NCBI RefSeq assembly: GCF_006345805.1
Contig: NC_043010.1
Coordinates: 52,948,001 to 53,011,922, forward strand
DNA length: 63,922 nucleotides
Reading direction: 5' to 3'
DNA from: Octopus sinensis
Taxonomy: Eukaryota
The notes under the pieces are model-generated. The model saw only the letters and a list, made by a program, of their open reading frames with translations, did not search any database and was not told the origin of the DNA. Every line of letters begins with the position of its first letter. Positions within the stretch are counted from its first letter, which is position 1. Shown here one piece after another: positions 1 through 10,124 of this stretch. The position numbers were made by a program, and so were the translations under genes.

Positions 1-166
1 ACTTCATCTGTCTTCATCTGTCTGAGTTCAAATACCACCAAGGTCGACTTTGCCTTTCATCTTTTCAGGGTCAATAAATCAAGTACCAGTTGCGTACTGG
101 GTTTGATCTAATCGGCTGGCTCTCTCCCCCAAAATTTCGGGCCTTGTGCCTAGAGTAGAAAAGAAT
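1..166 (+). mobile_element. SINE family B (Meta-domain-like) 3' portion
   Basis: gagttcaaat B-box followed by gtcgactttgcctttcatc...gtcaataaa..agtaccagtt, shared with >20 copies in the window. Confidence 0.85.
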
Positions 167-174
167 ATGCTTGT

Positions 175-360
175 TACAGTCCCAAGATTCCAATCATAAT
201 GTTCAACCTTCATTCTTCAGCTGCCTGTCATATCCAGAAAGTTTTTTGGGAAATCCAAACCAAACCTTCTGTTAAATCCACAAGATCTGTGTGTTCTCAT
301 TCCGTTGTCTGTATCAAGAACCAAGGAATATTCTCCAGCTTCTAAAGCAGCTGATTCATT
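175..360 (-). pseudogene. Possible decayed Chapaev3-like transposase fragment
   Basis: Broken minus-strand translation gives pieces LEAG.IFLG / VWFGF / KNFL / LG.CN in the order of the Chapaev3 GIF.GPQIR..AW..F..NFLG..LGCN block; heavily frameshifted. Confidence 0.35.
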
Positions 361-364
361 CTTC

Positions 365-679
365 TAAACCATTTAGCATACACATTATTCTGTCAAGTGT
401 AATGCTTATTAATTCGTATTGTTTCGAATTAATCAAGCATTATCATGCAGCTTTGAGATTTCAATGACGTAATTGTTTAGTTTTAGAACGACACTGTGGA
501 GTAGGCGTGAGAGGCCATATCTAACTGTTTTTTTAACATAAAATTGGTAGAATATCCAGCTCTGCTGTCTGCTTGGAGCTTGTCAAGCCATCCTACCCAT
601 GTCAGTATGGAAAACAGATGGTAAATAATAATGATGATGATGATGATGATGATGGTGAGTTTAAATGCCAAAGGGTTAA
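365..679. mobile_element. piggyBac-like MITE carrying a family-C SINE tail (about 560-655)
   Basis: Ends resemble ttaa-ccctttagcat...atgccaaaggg-ttaa; second copy in reverse at 62739-62953. Confidence 0.6.
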
Positions 680-717
680 ACTCTTAGGTATATGTATGTA
701 TATATGTGTATATGTGC

Positions 718-805
<88 letters not shown>

Positions 806-950
806 TATATATATGAGATGTACTTGCATAGCAAGAGACTTGATAGGAGATCGTGTGCTGAAACAAAAACAATTGCAGCATGGGAGGTGTTTATAAGCTG
901 TTTAAAAACACACAAAAACTGTTAGATTAAATATTTTCTTCATTTTGAAA

Positions 951-984
<34 letters not shown>

Positions 985-1171
985 AGAGAGAGAAAGCGAG
1001 ATAAAGAGATAGATAGACAGAGAGACAGACAAACAGATAGATAGATCGTGAGTCCGCTGCTCTAACCACTGGGCCACGTGCCTCCAGGTATATATATATA
1101 TATATATTGATAAAAACAGTAAGACAACAAAAGAAAGAAAGAGACCTCGATATTATGTAAATAGAGGAAAT

Positions 1172-1371
1172 TTATCTGTAAATGTAATATCTGACAATTA
1201 TTCGGTAGCCATGATAAAACTCCGAGTTTCGGATGCTGAGGTGGAAATCCACGCCGCCATCTCTTCGTGTATCCGGATAACTGAAGAGATGGCGGCGTGG
1301 ATTTCCGCCTTGGCATCCAAAACTCGGAGTTTTATCATGGCTACCGAATAATTGTTACATGTTACATTTAC

Positions 1372-1377
<6 letters not shown>
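1172..1377. mobile_element. Fold-back (inverted) Penelope-like terminal fragment in (TA)n
   Basis: About 95-bp near-perfect inverted arms centred near 1272; arms contain a hammerhead motif. Confidence 0.75.
1276..1336 (+). ncRNA. Type I minimal hammerhead ribozyme (one core mutation)
   Basis: gataa-CTGAAGA-stem II(gatg..ggcg/cgcc..catc)-[A]AAAC-tcgga-GTT-ttatc; the inverted copy keeps GAAAC intact. Confidence 0.7.
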
Positions 1378-1407
<30 letters not shown>

Positions 1408-1526
1408 TTTGCAATTAAGGACAACTACTTAATAAGGAAAACTTAACAAGAAATTGTCAGGTAGATAGCGTAAAAACCTCATAAGAGAAAAAATTCGAAA
1501 ATAATTATTTCTTATTGAACATATTA

Positions 1527-1736
1527 ATTTATATATAGAGGGCATAATTATACATACATGCCAGGAGGCATTATATATACTGCCAAACGCTAAGAGGGAC
1601 AATCAGTCATTTCTACCAAAAATATTACTAATAGTAATATTTTTGGTAGAAATGACTGATTGTCCCTCTTAGCGTTTGGCAGGTATATATAATGCCTCCT
1701 GGCATGTATGTATAATTATGCCCTCTATATATAAAT
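1527..1736. repeat. Near-perfect 210-bp palindrome (fold-back insertion)
   Basis: Arms 1527-1629 and 1632-1736 are reverse complements with about one indel; flanked by (TA)n. Confidence 0.9.
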
Positions 1737-1763
1737 ATATATATATATTATATATACAGATAG

Positions 1764-1908
1764 ATATAAGTTCAGCAAAAATTTAGATTCCAATGAATAT
1801 GGTACTTAATTTAGATGCACCAGAATTCTGTATGGTGTTATCCATATAAATTCATGGGGTGATTATAATCAAAATAAGCAACCGGAGTCATTCTTGTGGC
1901 TTATTTTG

Positions 1909-1913
<5 letters not shown>
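1764..1913 (-). mobile_element. PLE 3' tail fragment with inverted junction; homologous to 61603-61725
   Basis: 1764-1881 is the reverse complement of about 61619-61726; 1881-1913 is a forward copy of 61603-61634. Confidence 0.8.
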
Positions 1914-1944
<31 letters not shown>

Positions 1945-1947
<3 letters not shown>

Positions 1948-2468
1948 AAAACGGCTATTCACAATTTAGAACTGATAGGCACCAAGCACAGTTGCCACTA
2001 AAGTGACAGAGGATTCTAGTAAGCACCAGCATTGCTAGAAATAAGCCAAAACAAATCTTAGTCATGAGAGAACACTTTTCTAACAGCTGACAAGGGGAAC
2101 AGGCTCCCTCCCTATGACAAGCAAGATGGAGTCATATCGGCACTGATTTCAGATTTAATCAATCTTCATCATTGACCCATTACTCAGTTGCCACAGGTTA
2201 AAGGACCTAAGTCACCTTGTCAGCCTTATATAAAACACCAGAGGAAACAAGGTGGCAATTCACAATTTAGAATCAATATGCAACAAGTACAGTTAGATTG
2301 ATTAAATCTGAAATCAGTGCTAATTATGACTCCATCTTGCTTGTCGTAGGGAGGGAATCCTGTCTCCCTTAGCAGCCATTAGAAAAGTAATCATATGTGG
2401 CTAAGAGTTGCTTTGACTCTTGTTTCTAGCAATGACAGTGTTTACTAGTGACAACTGTACTTGGTGCC

Positions 2469-2470
<2 letters not shown>
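1945..2470. mobile_element. Inverted/partial-tandem PLE-like terminal repeat
   Basis: 1975-2166 inverted against 2295-2470; direct repeat ttcacaatttagaa at about 1958 and 2259; degenerate HHR-like tgatgaagat..atctgaaa on minus at about 2145-2172. Confidence 0.6.
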
Positions 2471-2501
<31 letters not shown>

Positions 2502-2775
2502 CTATATATATATACATACATATATACATATATATATATATACACACACACATATATATACACATATGTATATGCACATATATACTCACACACATATATA
2601 TACATACACATATATATACATACATATATACACATATATATATACACACACATATATATATATACACACATATATATATGCACATATATACACACACATT
2701 TATATATATATATATACACACATCTATATATACACATGCACACACACATATGTATACACATATATATACACATAT
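2470..2775. repeat. Compound (TA)n/(CA)n microsatellite
   Basis: Direct inspection. Confidence 0.95.
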
Positions 2776-3044
2776 GCAAGCACCCAGTACACACTGTAAA
2801 GTAGTGGGCATTGTGAAAAACGACTTTAGGGTTTCATGTAGCTTTGTAGCTTGTTGGACCTTGCGAAACCCATGTCGAAGCCATGACAGCACGGAGAACC
2901 AACATTAAATGACAATGATGATGATGATGATCCTGAGTTGTTGCGGAACCATGTCGGTGACCACGTCACCGTTATCCTCTGAAAATATTTTGACATTTCA
3001 TGAAATAAATCTAAAGTGAATTTAAAATTTTGGGTATTGAAGGC

Positions 3045-3256
3045 AGTGTTGGTGGTGGTGGTGGTGGTGGTGGTGGTAGTGTTGGCGGTGATGACGGCGG
3101 TGGCGTTGTTAGTGACCATGGTGTCGGAGCTAGTGGTGGCAGTTGGTGCTGGGGCTAGTGGTGGTGGCGGTGGTAGTGGTGGTGGTGGTGGTGGTGGTGG
3201 TGGTGGTGGTGGTGGTTGTGGTGTGTTGGCAGCCATAATGGCGGTGGCGTTGTTGG
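3045..3256 (-). repeat. Inverted copy of the complex CAC-rich unit at 13560-14140
   Basis: Shares ggcggtggcgttgttagtgaccatgg, tgtcggagct and ttggtgctggggctagtgg with the reverse complement of 13570-13800. Confidence 0.85.
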
Positions 3257-3462
3257 TTCTTCTGCTATGTAACTGTCTTATATTTGCTTCAGTCTTTGGA
3301 CTGGAGCCATGCTGGAGCATCACCTTGAAGGGTTTAGTTCAGTGGTTGTCAATCATTTTACGCCTGCAGACCCCTTTAATTCATATTTTACTTCACACAA
3401 GACCCACTTAGCTATTTGAAGTTTTAAAAAATTCCTTTTAATTTTTGTTTTTTTTGAAATTT

Positions 3463-3565
3463 TATTTGTTTCAGTCATTTGACTTTGGCCATGCTGGAGC
3501 ACCACCTTTAGTCAAACAAATCGACCCCAGGACTTATTCTTTATAAGCCTAGTACTTATACCATT
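3463..3565 (-). mobile_element. SINE family A 3' fragment
   Basis: tgtttcagtcatttgac..ggccatgctggagcacc..gaccccaggacttattc. Confidence 0.85.
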
Positions 3566-3734
3566 TGTTTCCTTCAGTGTTTGCAAAAAAAAAGTTCATA
3601 TTCCATGTATTCGTGTTTTGTATTTTTTATTATTTACATTCTGTGATGTCCTGTGCCCACATATGCATATGTATATACAGATATATTGTAAGTATGTACA
3701 TATATATATATATGTATTTATGCATAATACATAC

Positions 3735-3927
3735 ATATAAGAGGGATGACAACAATATGGACATCCCTTATGCTAGAAGTGGTCTTACCACTAAAAAATA
3801 AATGTTCTCAAGAAAATTTCTGGTGTTTGCTAAATTTTCTTGAGAACATTCCATTCTTAGTGGTAAGACCATAGCGGATCTACTTCTAGCATAAGGGATG
3901 TCCATGTAGTGGTTATCCCTCTTATAT
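3735..3927. repeat. Fold-back insertion (about 85-bp inverted arms)
   Basis: atataagagggat..ggacatcccttatgctagaagt..tctcaagaaaattt against aaattttcttgaga..acttctagcataagggatgtcc..atccctcttatat. Confidence 0.85.
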
Positions 3928-4475
3928 CATCATCATCATCATCATCATCATTTAGCGTCCGTTTTCCATGCTAGCATGGGTTGGACGGTTCAACTGGGGT
4001 CTGGGGAGCCCGAAGGCTGCACCAGGCCAGTCAGATCTGGCAGTGTTTCTACAGCTGGATGCCCTTCCTAACGCCAACCACTCCGAGAGTGTAGTGGGTG
4101 ATTTTATGTGCCACCGACACAGGTGCCAGACGAGGCTGGCGAACGGCCACGCTCGGATGGTGTTTTTATGTGCCACCGACACAGGTGCCAGACGAGGCTG
4201 GCAGACGGCCACGCTCGGATGGTTGTTTTTATGTGCCACCGACACAGGTGCCAGATGTGGCTGGCAGGTGCCAGACGAGGCTGGCAGACGGCCACGCTCG
4301 GATGGTGTTTTTATGTGCCACCGACACAGGTGCCAGATGAGGCTGGCAGGTGCCAGACGAGGCTGGCAGACGGCCACGCTCGGATGGTGTTTTTATGTGC
4401 CACCGACACAGGTGCCAGATGTGGCTGGCGAACGGCCACGATCGGATGGTTTTCTTGTGTGCCACCGGTACTGGA
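3928..4475 (-). mobile_element. SINE family C ((GAT)n tail, V-domain-like) with internal tandem amplification
   Basis: (CAT)n tail, ttctacagctggatgcccttcctaacgccaacc motif, then about 6 repeats of tttatgtgccaccgacacaggtgccaga...ggccacgctcggatgg. Confidence 0.85.
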
Positions 4476-4723
4476 ACCACAAAGATACATGATACCACAA
4501 AGATATATGTATGGAACCACAAAGATATATGTATGTAATATAATTTTTCTGAATCCTCAGATTTTAATATGTTGCACCACTGGTTTTAAATTGATATTAA
4601 TCAAATTAATATTCAATTTTTCACCTTATTATTTTAAATTTATATATTCATTTATATTATTATATATATATAATTTTTCGTAAACCTGCCTTCGTCTTTT
4701 GTTTATTTTCGCAAACCTTCCCG

Positions 4724-4762
<39 letters not shown>

Positions 4763-4774
4763 TAGATAGATAGC

Positions 4775-4828
<54 letters not shown>

Positions 4829-5630
4829 TGCATACATATATTCACATACTCACACACACACACACACACATGATGGGCTTCACACAGTTTCCTGCTTACC
4901 AAATTCACACTCACAAGGCCAAGTGAGACATGGTTCAATATCAGGATGGCCACAAGAATAAAAATTTTTTAGGTAATTTTTCACAGGCTACAGCTTACTC
5001 GTGACACAATTATACTAGCTTAAAAGTCATACTCTGTGTGGAATTCTAAGTTAGCTCCTGTGGAGGGTAAATAGGGCCTATGGCCCAAAACTAGAGAGCT
5101 AAACAGCATGACTGTAATACGTCTATAATGACTATATGCCCCGGTGGTGTTTGATCAGAGGTTAAGGACATATGACAATTAATTCTATAATGCAGTCATT
5201 CTAATGTCCCAACCCAAATTGAATTCCAACTGTTGGCCAATTTGTCCCAATGTTCTTATCTCGCTGTAAAATTAAAGAAGCAAATGTCATTATCTCCCCC
5301 ACCCTTGATCTTTGACGTCATCTGACAATCACCGACCTAGATGGCATCAATCAGCCAAGCTTTAACTGCCAGAAATAGCAACCTACATGCTTTTAAATCA
5401 GATCCCAATGCTGGATGTTCAAGAACCAAATGAAGGGCAGATTTTCAATCCCAGGATTATCCTGATTCCAAAAAAGGGTATAATATGTCTATGTAAAGCA
5501 AATGTAGACTGAGATATAGACGGACAGACAGACAGAATTTCGCATTTATAAATATAAAAGTGTTAAGTGTTACAGCTCCGTCTTGCTCATGCAAGATCAG
5601 AAAAATGGACATTAAAATATGTATTATGAT

Positions 5631-5631
<1 letters not shown>

Positions 5632-5669
<38 letters not shown>

Positions 5670-5985
5670 TTAACATCCGCTTTCCATGCTGGCATGGGTT
5701 GGACGGTTCAACTGGGGTCTGGGAAGCCAGAAGGCTGCACCAGGCCCAGTCTGATCAGGCAATGTTTCTACGGCTGGATGCCCTTCCTAACGCCAACCAC
5801 TCCATGAGTGTAGTGGGTGCTTTTTACATGCCATCGGCACAGTTGCCAGACAAGGCTGGTGAATGGCCACAATCGGTTGGTGCTTTTTACGTGCCACCGG
5901 CACGGAGGCCACGCGGGGCTAGCAACAGCCACGATCGGATGGTGCTTTTACGTGCCACCGGCATGGAGGCCAGGCGAAGCTACCA
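5632..5985 (-). mobile_element. SINE family C
   Basis: Same tail and ggatgcccttcctaacgcc motif; three gtgctttttacgtgccaccggcac repeats. Confidence 0.85.
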
Positions 5986-6406
5986 AATATGAGAAGCACT
6001 TGAAGCAGGCCTGTTGCCAAACTTTAGTGCCTGAGAGTACTTCAGAATACTCTGGGTCGGTACTAATGCTAAAGTGGAGTTTCACTATAAATCTGAGGCT
6101 GAACCATAGAATAGGAGGTAGGGGGGGGGCAGTGGTGCCCAGTTAGCAACAGGCATGACTTGAAGAAGGCCAGATGGTAGCAGAAAGATAGTGATTAAAC
6201 AACAAAGATGAGGAAATGACTGAATATATCACAATATAGTAACGAGTGTCATTGGTATAATTGTTATGATGCTTGTTATTGTTAGTTATATAGATACTGT
6301 TGATATAATCGGTGTTACAGTTCTATATTTAAGAGATGAGGAATTATGTACATTATTTATATTATTTACATTTTATGGATATTTGTCCTCGTCTTGTTTG
6401 TTGTTA

Positions 6407-6450
6407 ACACAACATTTCGGCTGATATACCCTCCAGCCTTCATCAGGTGT
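6407..6450 (-). ncRNA. Type I minimal hammerhead ribozyme
   Basis: acac-CTGATGA-aggctg(gagggtatat)cagcc-GAAA-t-GTT-gtgt; stem I 4 bp, stem II 5 bp. Confidence 0.75.
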
Positions 6451-6509
6451 ATTGGAGAATTTTGAACCTGGGTTCTCATTCCTAAGGCATTTTTCGATGT
6501 TGTTGTTGC

Positions 6510-6573
<64 letters not shown>

Positions 6574-6574
6574 T

Positions 6575-6833
6575 TCCGTGCCGGTGGCACGTAAAAAGCA
6601 CCAATCCGACCGTGGCCATTGCCAGCTTTGCCTGGCACCTGTGCCGGTGGCACGTAAAAAGCACCCACTACACTCACGGAGTGGTTGACGTTAGGAAGGG
6701 CATCCAGCTGTAGAAACACTGCCAGATCAGACTGGAGCCTGGTGCAGCCTTCTGGCTTCCCAGATCCCCGGTCGAACCGTCCAACCCATGCTAGCATGGA
6801 GAACGGACGTTAAATGATGATGATGATGATGAT
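6575..6833 (+). mobile_element. SINE family C, inserted in the linker of the previous element
   Basis: gtgccggtggcacgtaaaaagcacc x2, ggaagggcatccagctgtagaaa, ...cggacgttaaa(tga)n tail. Confidence 0.85.
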
Positions 6834-6894
6834 GTCACTGCCTGGAATCGAACTCGGAATCTTGGGGTTAGTAGACCGCGCTCTTAACCACTAA

Positions 6895-7520
6895 TCAGTG
6901 TTGTTTTCAATATGATTGCTATACTTGTTCTTGTTGCTTTAAGTCTTTTGTTATGATTTTCATTATGTTTGTTGTTATTCTTGTTGATATGGTAGGTATT
7001 GTTTCTGATATTATTGTTACATCTATTGTTCTTGTTGTTGTTAGTTGTTACATTAGATATTGTTGTTGGTATCGTCATTGTTCTGATTTTCATTATGTTT
7101 GTTGTTATTATTGTTGATATGGCAGTTAGTGTTTTCAATATGATTGTTATATTTGTGTTGTTGATATCGTTGTTATGGTTTTCATTATGTTTATTGTTGT
7201 TGATAAGTTAGGTATTATTTCGAATATTGTTGTTGCAGATATGGTTGTTGTTATGATTTTCATTATGCTTACTGTTATTATTGTTGATATGGTAGGTATT
7301 GTTTTTGATATGATTGCTATATTCATTCATGTTGCTGATATGGTTGTTATGATTTTCATTATGTTTGTTGTTGTTGTTGATAAGTTAGGCATTCTTCTTA
7401 ATATTTTTGTTGATATGGTTGTCATGGTTTTCCACTATGTTGTTGTTATTGTTTATACGGTCAATGTTGCTTTTGGTATGGTTGTTATTTCTGGATATAG
7501 TTGTCTTTCTTATTGTTCCT
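6895..7520. repeat. Degenerate GTT/ATT-based minisatellite
   Basis: Recurring attttcattatgtttgttgtt and ttgatatggtagg motifs. Confidence 0.75.
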
Positions 7521-7534
7521 GATATTTCTTTTAC

Positions 7535-8183
7535 ATTCTTTTAATTCTTTCGGTCATTTCACTGCGGCCATGCTGGAGCACCGTCTTTAGTTGAGCAAAT
7601 CGACCCCAGAGCTTATTCTTTGTAGGCCTAATACTTATTCAGTCGGGCTCTTTTGCCGAACCGATAAGTCACAGGGATGTAAACACACCAGCATCGGTTG
7701 TCAAGTGATTGTGGGAGAGACAAACACAGACACACAAACATATACACACACACATATACAGTGTGCCAACATTTCTACCAGCTCACCACCTTAACATATT
7801 TTTTTTACTTGTTTCAGTCATTTGACTGCGGCCATGCTGGAGCACCGTAATTTAGTCGAGCAAAGTTTTTGTGAAACTTTTCGTGGTTAAGAAAGCAAAC
7901 GTTGTTGTTGTTGTTATTATTATTATTATTATTGTTATTATTATCACATTGTTATTATTACTATTGTTGTTGTTGTTGTTATAAGACCCCAAGACTTATT
8001 CTTTGGAAACCTAGTACTTATTCTATCGGTCTCTTTTGCCGAACCGCTAAGTCACAGGGGCATAAACACATTGCCGTCAACATTGCCATTGGTAATATTA
8101 TCATTATGTTTTGTTTCTTTTTCTAATCTAGGCAACTGAAAGAAGCCCGTCGTATATATGTAAATATATATATATATATATGT

Positions 8184-8227
<44 letters not shown>

Positions 8228-8450
8228 TTGTGTGTCTGTGTTTGTCCCCGCCAACATCGCTTGACAACCGATGATGCTGGTGTGTTTACGTCCCCCGTTA
8301 CTTAGCTGTTCGGCAAAAGACACCGATTAGAATAAGTAGTACTAGGCTTACAAAGAATAAGTCCTGGGGTTGTCGATTTGCTTCACTAAATTACGGTGCT
8401 CCAGCATGGCCGCAGTCAAATGACTGAAACAAGTAAAAGAGAGTAAAAAA
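7535..8450. mobile_element. Cluster of three SINE family A 3' halves (7535-7760 minus, 7803-8070 minus, 8135-8450 plus)
   Basis: Family A tail gcggttcggcaaaagagaccgatagaataag...ggtgctccagcatggccgcagtcaaatgactgaaacaag; inverted pair. Confidence 0.85.
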
Positions 8451-8707
8451 GTATTACTTTTGCACCTATCATAATCGCATTATCCTCTCTCTCCTCAACG
8501 TTGTTTGTTTATTTTTCTCCCCCTGTTGCTAACGATGCCGGTTGATATTTATTAAATCTTTCGCCACTACTTTTCTTATAATTGTTATTATTTCAGCTAA
8601 GTTTTTTTTCCGTGTTATCATCATCATCGTGGTTTGTTTTATCGTTTCCATTTTCTTTTACTACAATCGCTGTCGTTATTGTTTTTCTTACTGTTTATTC
8701 TTTTACT

Positions 8708-9144
8708 GGCAATCTTTCGTCTCTAGTAGACCTTTCCGTCGATTTCCGTAAAAAAATTTTTTTTTTTACATATGGGCTTGCGGGAACTTTTGAAGTAATG
8801 AGAGCGAAAGAGACTAAGAGAAAGCGATTGTATGACGAGGGAAGTTCTTTCGAAGTTACCGTGCATGTGAAGCATTGATGTACATGTGTGTGTGTGTGTG
8901 TGTTTGATGGGGTGTGGGAGACAGACAGTATGTTGTGTAAGTGAAGTGCTTCTGTTAGTGTGTGTGTGAAGAGACAGAGTAATGTGTGAAAGAGAGAGAT
9001 AACTGAAATTTTTTACTCGGTGTATGTGTATATGTATGTATGTATGTATATTACTTCAAAAGTTCCCGCAAGCCCATATGTAAAAAAAAAAAAAATTTTT
9101 TTACGGAAATCGACGGAAAGGTCTACTAGAGACGAAAGATCGCC
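8708..9144. mobile_element. MITE with about 90-bp TIRs and 8-bp TSD (Merlin-like)
   Basis: TIR ggcaatctttcgtctctagtagacc... / ...ggtctactagagacgaaagatcgcc; TSD cttttact at 8700-8707 and 9145-9152; GG terminus. Confidence 0.85.
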
Positions 9145-9365
9145 CTTTTACTTTGTCGGCCTGGAAATATCTCTTTGTCCCGTTGCGATTGTTCTTGTTA
9201 TTGCTAACGTCTGTTGATGTTGTCACTCAAAATGTTTAAATCGCCGTAGTCCTGCCAAGCTAACTCTCACAGTTTCTTTTGTTACGGAGATCTAGCTGTT
9301 GTTGTTGTTGTTTACATTATTCCTTTATGGGGAGCAGTGGATCTCGAAGCGTACACATACAGCTC

Positions 9366-9538
9366 CGTTACGTTCCGAGTTCAAATTCCGCCGAGGTCGA
9401 CTTTGCCTTTCATCTTTTCGGGGTCGATAAATTAAGTACCAGATACGCACTGGGGTCGATGTAATCGACTTAATCCCTTTGTCTGTCCTTGTTTGTCCCC
9501 TCTGTGTGTGTAGCCCCTTGTGGGTAGTAAAGAAATAA
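9366..9538 (+). mobile_element. SINE family B
   Basis: B-box, gtcgactttgcctttcatc core, tail gccccttgtgggtagtaaagaaata. Confidence 0.9.
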
Positions 9539-9621
9539 TATATATTATAACCCCCACACCGCATCGTCTCATACCGTCCCCAAAAGTTTTTGTGAAACTT
9601 TTCGAAGTTAAGAAAGCAAAC

Positions 9622-9664
9622 GTTGTTGTTATTATTATTGTTGTTGTTGTTGTTATTATTGTTA

Positions 9665-9702
<38 letters not shown>

Positions 9703-9722
9703 ATTAATTATTATTATTATTA

Positions 9723-9754
<32 letters not shown>

Positions 9755-9835
9755 TATTATTATATTATTATTATTATTATTATTATTATTGTTATTATTG
9801 TTGTTTTTGTGTGGTTCTTGTTGTTGCTGTTGCTG
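9622..9835. repeat. (GTT)n/(ATT)n microsatellite
   Basis: Direct inspection. Confidence 0.95.
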
Positions 9836-10124
9836 TTGGCGGCAGTTTGAGGTTTACAAACAAGCTTTGTCGAATCAAAATATTCAAAACTCATGTAATA
9901 TATGTATATAATATATAAGTAAATATAAACAAACATTAAATGGTGCATGTTTGTGTACACACACACATATATATAAAGTGAGGGTAAGATTGATAACAAG
10001 GTAGATGTACGAAGATCAAAAAAAAAAAAAAGAAAACAGGGTAGACAGACAGGGTGGAGAGAAGAAAAGGGAAAAAAAGAACAAAAACAATGAGGCCGGG
10101 CGAGCAGACAGCTGGTGAGTCCAG

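Larger units (their letters stand above)
6318..6893 (-). mobile_element. Candidate tRNA-headed non-autonomous retroelement with PLE-type HHR tail (interrupted by SINE C)
   Basis: Minus strand reads: A-box tagtggttaagagcgcgg, B-box gagttcgattcc (6893-6834), (AAT/AAC)n linker, then HHR-containing body ending ...cttaaatatagaactg-ta. Confidence 0.55.
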
